Below are positions 55,815 to 64,000 of a stretch of DNA of 64,000 bases, one piece after another (position 1 is the first letter of the stretch; each line of letters begins with the position of its first letter). The position numbers and the translations under genes are program-made. The notes beneath the pieces were generated by a model. The model saw only the letters and a program-made list of their open reading frames with translations. It was not told the origin of the DNA and searched no databases. The stretch is from the human T2T-CHM13v2.0 reference genome, Homo sapiens: NCBI RefSeq assembly GCF_009914755.1, contig NC_060926.1; one strand, 5' to 3'.

Positions 55815-56440
55815 CACAGAGTGTCTGGTGGTTAAGAGCATGATCTTGGAGCCAGCCATTTTAAGTTCAAATCTCAACATGGAAGCTGATGAGCTGCCAC
55901 CTTGTTATTACATTTATCTGTTATTACATTTATCTATGCCTCAGTTTCCTCATTTGTAAAACAGAAATCCTAATAGTAACAACCTCATAGAGTTGTTATG
56001 AGGATTTAACAAGTTAATGCTTGTAAAGTTTTAGAGCCACGATTGGCACAAACATGCTATGTGTTTATTAAGTAACAATCTCTGGCTTTAAATAATTTAT
56101 CCTGTTGTTAGGTTGAAAAGATGTATCCTGGTGGAGCGAGACAAAATTGCTAAACCCAGACCATAATGTTCTAGGAAAGAGCATGAGGTGGCAGTCTGTA
56201 AGAGTCATGGGGACTCAAAGAACAGAGAGAAAAAGCTATTGGGTGTTCACTGTGTGCCAGGCACTGAACTAAGGACTGTGCATGCATTTTCTCTTAATCT
56301 TCAAACAATCTTTGATTGGGTAATGGTCAATATTGTCTTCCCCATTTTACAACTGAGAAAACTGAGACTTCAGAGAGGTCAGGTGTGTCACTCAACCTTC
56401 TTAGTGGCAAAGCTGGGATTTAGGGTGTCTGAGTCCAGGA
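55815..56440. mobile_element. Two MIR copies (55815-56070 +; 56235-56440 -)
   Basis: 'tgcctcagtttcctcatttgtaaa' and 'cccattttacaactgagaaaactgagacttcagagagg'. Confidence 0.75.
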
Positions 56441-57176
56441 GGAAGGGGTGGGGTAGGTGGAGGCTGAGTGCCCCAGGTTGTGGCAGGCACCTGTGTGGCC
56501 AGACACTAATGGCTGGACTGTGAGGTCTGGACATGCTCCTGCATTTTAAAAGTCCTGAGCCAGATGCTCACATTGCCCCTTTTTGAAATCCCCTTTAGAC
56601 TGAGGGGTCCTCAGCAGGTCTCACCGTATTGCTACTGGGATTGTGCTCATTGCTGCAGCAATAATCCAGTGTCAGTATTTTATGCAGTGACTTGATTAGA
56701 CTTTGTTCCTGAGGCTTTAAAAGAAGAGCATATTTTTAACATAAATAAATAAGTGTTTTAGCTTGGTGTTATTAACCACACTTGATGCAGATAAGGCTTT
56801 CCTTGAAGAGTAAAAGAATGACGCTCTGTGTTCATGAATTTCTGAAGTCAATTACATTTTCATTAATTGGTTTTGCTTCCCCTTCTTTTGGCCTTCTCTT
56901 AACATAGAAAATAAAATCTGGGGTTAGGCTTCTCTTGCTGATGGATGGCACCCAGGGGCAATACAAGCACTTTTCAGTCATCTACTTTGTTTTCCAGAAG
57001 TGTCTGAGCAGCCATTACATAAGTCTAAGGGACCCAGGGTCAACTTTTATTTGTGGGACAGATTCTTTACGTTTGTTTATTTCACCTGAAAATCTAACCC
57101 AGAGGTAATGTTTCAGGATATTGACTTTTAAACACTATGCTTCTTTTCCATGCCTAACAATAAAAACTACCCCTGT

Positions 57177-57492
<316 letters not shown>

Positions 57493-58051
57493 TAATCGCA
57501 GTTACTGACTGTTTAACACATTCTGGGGACCCTATTAAGCAGTTCTCATGTATAATCTCACCTAATTCTTCTAGTAACCATGTGAGCTAGATGGTGTGTT
57601 AATCTCTATTTGGCAGATGAGGAGACTGTGGTTTAAAGTAGTTAGGTACCAGGCACAGAGTCACACGACCAGTGGCTGGTTGAAATGGAATTCCAACCCC
57701 ATCCTTCTGCCTTAGGAATCAAATTCCTAAATCTGTAAATGCAGCTCTAGCAGCAAGCGGGGCTTACGTTCTGGAACAATTCATGTAACACAATGTTGTA
57801 TGTTTGGGGTTCCAAAGCAAAGGAGGTGAGCCCATCTCAGCTCAGAGACTTTGGAACATCCACCACAGTGCCCAGAACCAGCACCAAGGCACAGTGGTGT
57901 ATCATGTGACCTGACTGGCCAAATGGCCAGCAAATGAAGCTGGTAGCTTTTAGTGCCTCATAGCTGGAGGAATCACCTGAAACCATCAGTTCTTACACAC
58001 ACTGCCTTCCTGCTCGGTTACCTTTCCCAGGTGTGAGTTGATCCAAGTGGA

Positions 58052-58160
58052 GTGGTGGTCACCTGGTCCCTCTTTGTCTGGGCTTTCCTTGTTTTAGTGC
58101 TGCGTGTCTCACTCCCTAGGAAACTCCTCAGTCCTGTGCAAATTGGGAATGTTTCTTACT
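58052..58160. mobile_element. MER81-like hAT-Blackjack MITE
   Basis: 'gttttagtgctg...ggaaactcctcagtcctgtgcaaattggga'. Confidence 0.5.
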
Positions 58161-58283
58161 TTTCCTCTAAGAGAGAGTTCAAAATCACTAGTCTGGGGTT
58201 CTACCTCTTGTTATCAATTCAACCTCCTGCTTTTCCTTGTTGCTCACTGTGTCAATGCTAGCCAGCTGGCTAGAGCGGCCCAC

Positions 58284-58800
58284 TGAGAAGACTCCCTCTT
58301 TGATCGAACTCTAGCCAGGCTCCTCTGAGCCTCCTTCTCAACCCGGCCTCAATCTTTGTCTATAAAGACTTGACAGACACTAAGAGTTTCTGACAGGTCA
58401 AGGCTGCATCCCTAAGATGACCCTATTCCCCTTTAAAAAACTCAGGGCTGCCAAAAGAATTTATATTTGTTCTAGCTGACACCCAAAGATATGGCCCCTG
58501 TCTCCCAGCCTCTGTGGGAGGCTAGGAGACTAATTCTGGTAGTGCCAGTTAGCACACCCAGATGGGTTTCACATGGACTTAGCTCCCCTTCCCCCTTTTT
58601 GTAATTTTTAACTTCCCTGACTCTGTTGAGTCCCTGCTCGAACTCCTCCCTATTCCTTCCTGCTCCCTTCAAAACTCCCAGTCACCTCTGTACAAATTGA
58701 AGTTGTGTTCAATTCATGCTGTACTTTTTCCTATTGGAATAATATATTACTGATTAAAATCTGTCCTTACTACTCCCACCAGTGTCCAGCTTTACATTCT
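58284..58800 (+). mobile_element. ERV1 solo LTR, MER67C-like
   Basis: 'aactctagccaggctcctctgagcc...tataaagacttga...aggctgcatccctaagatgacc'. Confidence 0.7.
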
Positions 58801-60309
58801 TCGAGTGTTGCCTCCAATGCCTGCCTCCATTGTCCCCACCCCACAACATGCAAATAGGATCCAGATTCTAAGGTCCTGCTTCATCCCCATGGGTCTGCAG
58901 TGCCTGCTCCACCTCTGTTCATCCCGTTCCAGCTCTTGACGGCCTTTCTTTGACTTCCTGTGGCATTTGTGTTTGGCATGTCTCTCTGGGAAAAAAAGAT
59001 ATGCCATGTCATATTGCTTTCTCTGCAGACATTATATTTTTGCACCTAGTTTTGGGTCTCTTGAGGGCAAGAACAATGTCTTGCAGCTCTTTGTATATCC
59101 AAGGCCTCAAGAAGGCTTGAACAACAGCAACCAAATTGTGTGTTGTCAGTGATGCTTAGAAAAGGTGATTATCCAGTTCTTGCATTACCTACCCTCCTTT
59201 AGAAAACAAGGGCTCCATTTTTTCAAGAACTGTCAGCTCACAGGAAGAGACATACAGATACACACACACGCACACATACAATCACAGGAGAGATATATGT
59301 ATTATATATATATATCTCCTATGTGCATGTTATGTGTATGTGTGTGTGTGCGTGTATATATATATATAAAATGGGACCTTAGAAAGGAGATCCTATGTGC
59401 ATGTTGAGGCATGGGGATGATGGAGGCAGGCATTGGAGGCAACACATGCAGAATATAAAGCTGGACACAGGTGAAAGTAGACAGATTTTAATGGGTGGTT
59501 AGCATAATGAAGTAGCTAAGACCATAGTCTTTGGAGTTATATTGGCCTGGAATTTCATGCTCCATAGCTCATCTTTTTAAAAAAATCATAGACGAGTTTA
59601 CTTCCCTTCTCTGAGCCTCATTTCACCAACTGTAAAATGAGTATATCACGTTCTTCAGTGGGTGATGGTAGTTGTGAGGATTAAATGTCACGATAGTACC
59701 TGCCACATGGGAAATACCAGTAAATGGAATCAATGTAAAACATCCACCTAACCACACAAAACATAACTGGGATAGACAGTTACAAACGTGAAATTGGAAG
59801 GAAGAAAAGGAAAGGAAAGGGGTGAAACAGAAGCTGGAGCAATTAAAGTCTCTAGAACTTAGGTCAGGGAATCTGGAAAGACTTGAAAGATTAGGTTGGA
59901 AAAGGAAAAGGAAAATTGTCTTTAATTTATTGGGCTTCTATTTTGTGCACTAGATATTTTGCATACTGCGCTTCTTTTGCATATTGCACTTCATTGAATT
60001 CTCAGAACAATGCTGTAAGATATGGTATTCATCCCGTAATTTACAGATATTGACACTTTTGTGTGGTCACAGAATTATTAAGGGGTAGAGCTGAGAAGGA
60101 CCCAAGGCTGTCTCATTCCAGAGCCCTGTTTTCCTCATTTGGCTAACTTCCCTCCCTCACCCAATTACAAGTGTGCGGGTACTTTAAAAACTTTGAGCTT
60201 TCTTTTCAGCTCCAAAACAATTGCTCTATCTTCTCTGATTAAAAATTCTGAATGGGGCTGGGTTAAGACACTGGCTTCACCCAGGAAGCCCCTCTAACCT
60301 ACTTTGAAT

Positions 60310-61030
60310 ATATTGGCTTGTGCAAATAAAAGATGTGTTTGACTGTAAGGAACAGAAATCCCACTTAAAGTAGTTTAAACAATGAGGAAATTTACTTTTC
60401 CTTGTAATGGAAGAAAGGAGTTAGGGAAGCTTCCAGGCACAGTACCTTAATCCCCTGGACTATGGCTTTGTTTCTCTGCCAGTCTTTGAATTCCCCCATA
60501 GGCCTTATGCAAATGTGGGCTTTGTCCTAAAGGGGGCTGCCCTCAGGATTTCAAGAGGACTGCTATTAGCAAACAGCTGGGACAAGAGGTTGCTTCAGTC
60601 TATGTGAGTGAAAGAAAAATCTCTCCCTCACTCATGGACCAAATATTCCTTTTCTTCAGTCTGATTGGGCCAGTTTGTTTGTAAGTCCAATCCTGGACCA
60701 ATAGCAATAAACAAGGGGAGTGCTCTGTACTAACTGGCTCAAGCCAGAGTTCCTAAACCAATCAGGGGAAAAAAGGATAGGATTATTGTGATAGGCTGAT
60801 GCTAATTAGGACTCATTTCTGTAGTCAGTACTGGTACATAGACTAGTGTGAAGAGAAGCAAAATTCTAAATATGTCACATCTAGTACAGTATGGACATGA
60901 CCAATCAGAATGAACACTAGCCTGAAACAACCAGTAAGTCTGTTGTGAATTAGCTGATTATCAATCCTGAATATTTAACCACAATGTGGGTTTTCATAAG
61001 GAGGAAGAAGGAAGAATGGTTCCTGGATAG
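60310..61030 (-). mobile_element. Ancient LTR remnant (MLT1K/LTR78-like)
   Basis: 'gactgtaaggaacagaaatcccacttaaagtagtttaaac', 'tctgattgggccag', 'cctggaccaat'. Confidence 0.4.
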
Positions 61031-61919
61031 GCATCCAACAGTGCCTGCTAAGTCTTTTATGTGTCTACCTGAGTGTTAGGCTTAATGGACAGCTAAGATA
61101 TTCTAGTCTGACAGCTCAGTGTCTATGGCCACAGTGATTAGGCAATCTTCATTTGTAACTTGCCCTTTAAGTTAGTCTCATCTGAAAGGTGAGCCTACAT
61201 TTCACCTGACCTACTCAACACCAACTCCCTCCTATGTATAGGGATGTCATAGCAAGTTAATTCAAGTTACATCTCCGTTGATGGCCAGGGCAAAACACGT
61301 AGGCAAAGCAAGTAAACCTAGGCCTTGCCTAGAGTGATCTCCCACACCAAATAAAAGTTTTAAGAAGTCCCTATCCTGTCTTTCCTTTGGTTTACTCAGT
61401 CCTAACAAATCCTAATTGGGAGCATAGGCAGCTTAAGCCAGTGGAAGGTCTGATTACAGAAGATTTTAAGAGATGTGCAGCATCACTTTCAAATGCAGGC
61501 AGTAACCCAAATTAGATTATAGAGGGATATCTTGTAAAACCCCTAATATTTATAGATAAGACTGATTAATTATGAGCTTATCAATTATTTGCATTTAATT
61601 CTTTGCTTTCAAAGTGTTTATGGTGGCTTAATACTAGTGTGTTCTGCCAACTACTTTAACCTTTCCCCAGAAATCTTGTTTGCACTAATGATTTGGACTA
61701 TCAATGCCAAGTCTGAAATAATAGGGTTTTGGCCTATTCCTGATTTTGCAAGGAAGACTGAAATCTTATGTGTTCATGAAGTTAGTCTTTCGTTGGACAC
61801 ACAAAAGACTGGTCTTTGAGTGCTATTGTTTGGGAAGTCACCTGGAAAGGTGAGGATTTTTTTTTTTGATATTATAATTATTTTTGAAGGGGAAATGTCA
61901 AAATTTGATCTTTAAGATA

Positions 61920-63117
61920 TATATTTTTATTTTTCAATTGACAAGTATAATTTATGTGTTTATGATGTACAACGTGCTGTTTTGATATATATGTATACAT
62001 CATGGAAAGGCTAAATTAAACTATTTAATATATGCATTACTTCACGTGTTTATTTTTTGTGTTGAGAACACTTATGTACTCTCTTAGCAATTTTCAAGTA
62101 CATACACAACATATTGTTATTAACCGTAGTCATGATGTATGATAGATCTCTTGAATTTATTTGTCTTGTATAACAAAATTTTGTGTCTTTGACCAACATC
62201 TCTCCAATCCTCCCAACCCCCAGCCTCTGGTAACCTCCACTTTACTGTTTCCTTGAGTTTAACTCTTTTATATTCCACGTAAGTGATATCATGCAGTACT
62301 ATTCCAAATGACAGAATTTCCTTTGTTTTTAAAGGCTGAATAGTATCTTATTGTGTATATATACCACATCGTCTTTGTCTTTGTCCAACCAGTGTCTATT
62401 TGTCCATTGATGGACACTGGTTGGTTCCATAGCTTGGCTAATGTGAATAGTGCTACAATAAACATGGGAATACAGATATCTCTTTAACATACTGATGTCA
62501 TATCCTTAGGATATATACCCACTAGTGGGCTTGCTGGATCATATGGTAGTTCTATTTTTAATTATTCTGAGAAATCTTCATACCATTTTCCATAATGGCT
62601 GTATTAATTTACATTCCCACTAATGGCATCAGCATATAAATGTTCCCTCCTCCCTACATACTTCCCAACACTTGTTATCTTTTGTCTTTTTAACAATAGC
62701 CATTCTAACAGGTGTGAGGTAATAGTTCATTATGGTTTTAATTTGCATTTTCCTGGTGATTAGTGATATTAAACATTTTTTCGTATACCTATTGACCACT
62801 TGTATATCTTCTTTTCAGAAATGTCTACTCAGGTCCTTTGCCCATTTTAAAATCAGGTTATTTGTTTTCTTACTGTTGAGTTGTTTGAGTGCCTTTATAT
62901 ATTTTGATTATTATTCCCTTATCAGATGGGTGGTTTGCAAATATTCTCTCCCATTCTGTAGGTTGTCTCTTCTCTCTGTTGATTATTTCCTTTGCTGTGT
63001 AGAAGGTTTTTAGTTTGATGTAATTCCATTTGTCTATTTTTGCTTTTGTTGCCTGTGCTTTTGTGGTCATATCCAAAAAAATCTTTGTCCAGCTGTGTTG
63101 TGGAGCTTTATACCCTT
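61920..63117 (-). mobile_element. L1MA7/8-like 3' portion
   Basis: 3' UTR 'tactctcttagcaattttcaagta' and ORF2 remnant '[18 protein letters not shown]'. Confidence 0.85.
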
Positions 63118-63358
63118 GTCTCTGAGATACATTAAATGAACACACAGAGGAGCAGTTTGCACAATCTGAATGTAAACAGTGAAATCAGTCAGGAGAAATA
63201 AGTATCCTCAAGGCTGGCAGTGTGGCCAAGTGGGAGGAGTGCTGAAATACATGGAAATCTGGGTTCTGTTCCTTGTTTTGCACTGGTTAGCCATGTGATC
63301 TTGAACAAGTCACATAGCTTTTCTGGGCTTTAGCCCAGTCTTAGTGTTTTCACTAGAC

Positions 63359-63745
63359 CAGCAGTGGCAAACATACATGCCCACAGGGACCATATGGAAA
63401 ATACATGTGAATAAAAAGGCCTGGGAAGGAAACACAACAATGAAACAGGCAACAAAACCCCAGCTTTAATATGAGACTAAGGGCTATAGGGAATGGTGGG
63501 GTCTGTGGCAGAGCACAGCTCATTCATAGGGGGAATTCCACTGAAACTGAACACAACCCTTATGTGGCCACATCTGATTTTTCTTTTAAAGAGAAGCCAG
63601 AAAATCCAGATTTTTATGTGAAATGTATTAGTTGTTAAATATTGGGTGAAACAATAAACTCTATGTAGACCAACACTCTGTGAACAAAATGACATTTTTT
63701 TCCTGGGCTGAATTCAGCTTGGGGTTGCTAATTTGCAACCTCTAG
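63359..63745. mobile_element. MER102-like hAT-Charlie element
   Basis: 'aagagaagccagaaaatccagatttttatgtgaaat', end 'tttgcaacctct'. Confidence 0.7.
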
Positions 63746-64000
63746 ACAAGATGAACTGAGAAATATGTTTTAGGTACAGAATGCTGTGGCTCTGTGAGTT
63801 TAAGGCGAATGTCTCCTTGAAGTCGCACCATCTTAGAGTTGGAAGAGGTCTTAGCAGGTGTCTGATTTGTCTCTCAGACACCTCTCACACCATCCCTGAC
63901 ATTTGTTGTTTAACCTCTGGTAGCTGTTCCACAGGATGGACTTTTCTGCTGCAGGAATGGACTCTGCTGCAGGAAGCTCTTTCTTGCATTGGGAAGAAAC

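Overview
Repeat-dense, gene-poor vertebrate DNA from a catarrhine primate (human/ape-like: AluJ/S/Y, L1PA6/L1PA8, THE1/MST, LTR8, MER4). I see no intact host protein-coding gene, RNA gene, CpG island or prokaryotic system; the recognisable ORFs are broken L1 ORF1/ORF2/ORF0 pieces or Alu/LTR/simple-repeat read-throughs. Main elements: a 5'-clipped L1PA6-like LINE with a perfect 20-bp TSD (19021-24855), an older internally deleted L1PB4-like LINE nested in an MLT2 LTR, a complete MSTA MaLR provirus, many solo LTRs, DNA-transposon relics, MIR/L2 and nine Alus. Most LTRs and L1s lie on the minus strand, suggesting a long plus-strand intron. Best leads: (1) a ~2 kb strand-asymmetric T>C substitution tract crossing three independent repeats around a 41-nt poly(T) L1 tail; (2) an L1 ORF0 fused to flanking DNA; (3) a unique-sequence module with two Sox-Oct composite motifs and four TGCATG; (4) local inverted duplications/inversions. 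Repeat subfamily names come from remembered consensus sequences and need RepeatMasker/Dfam confirmation.
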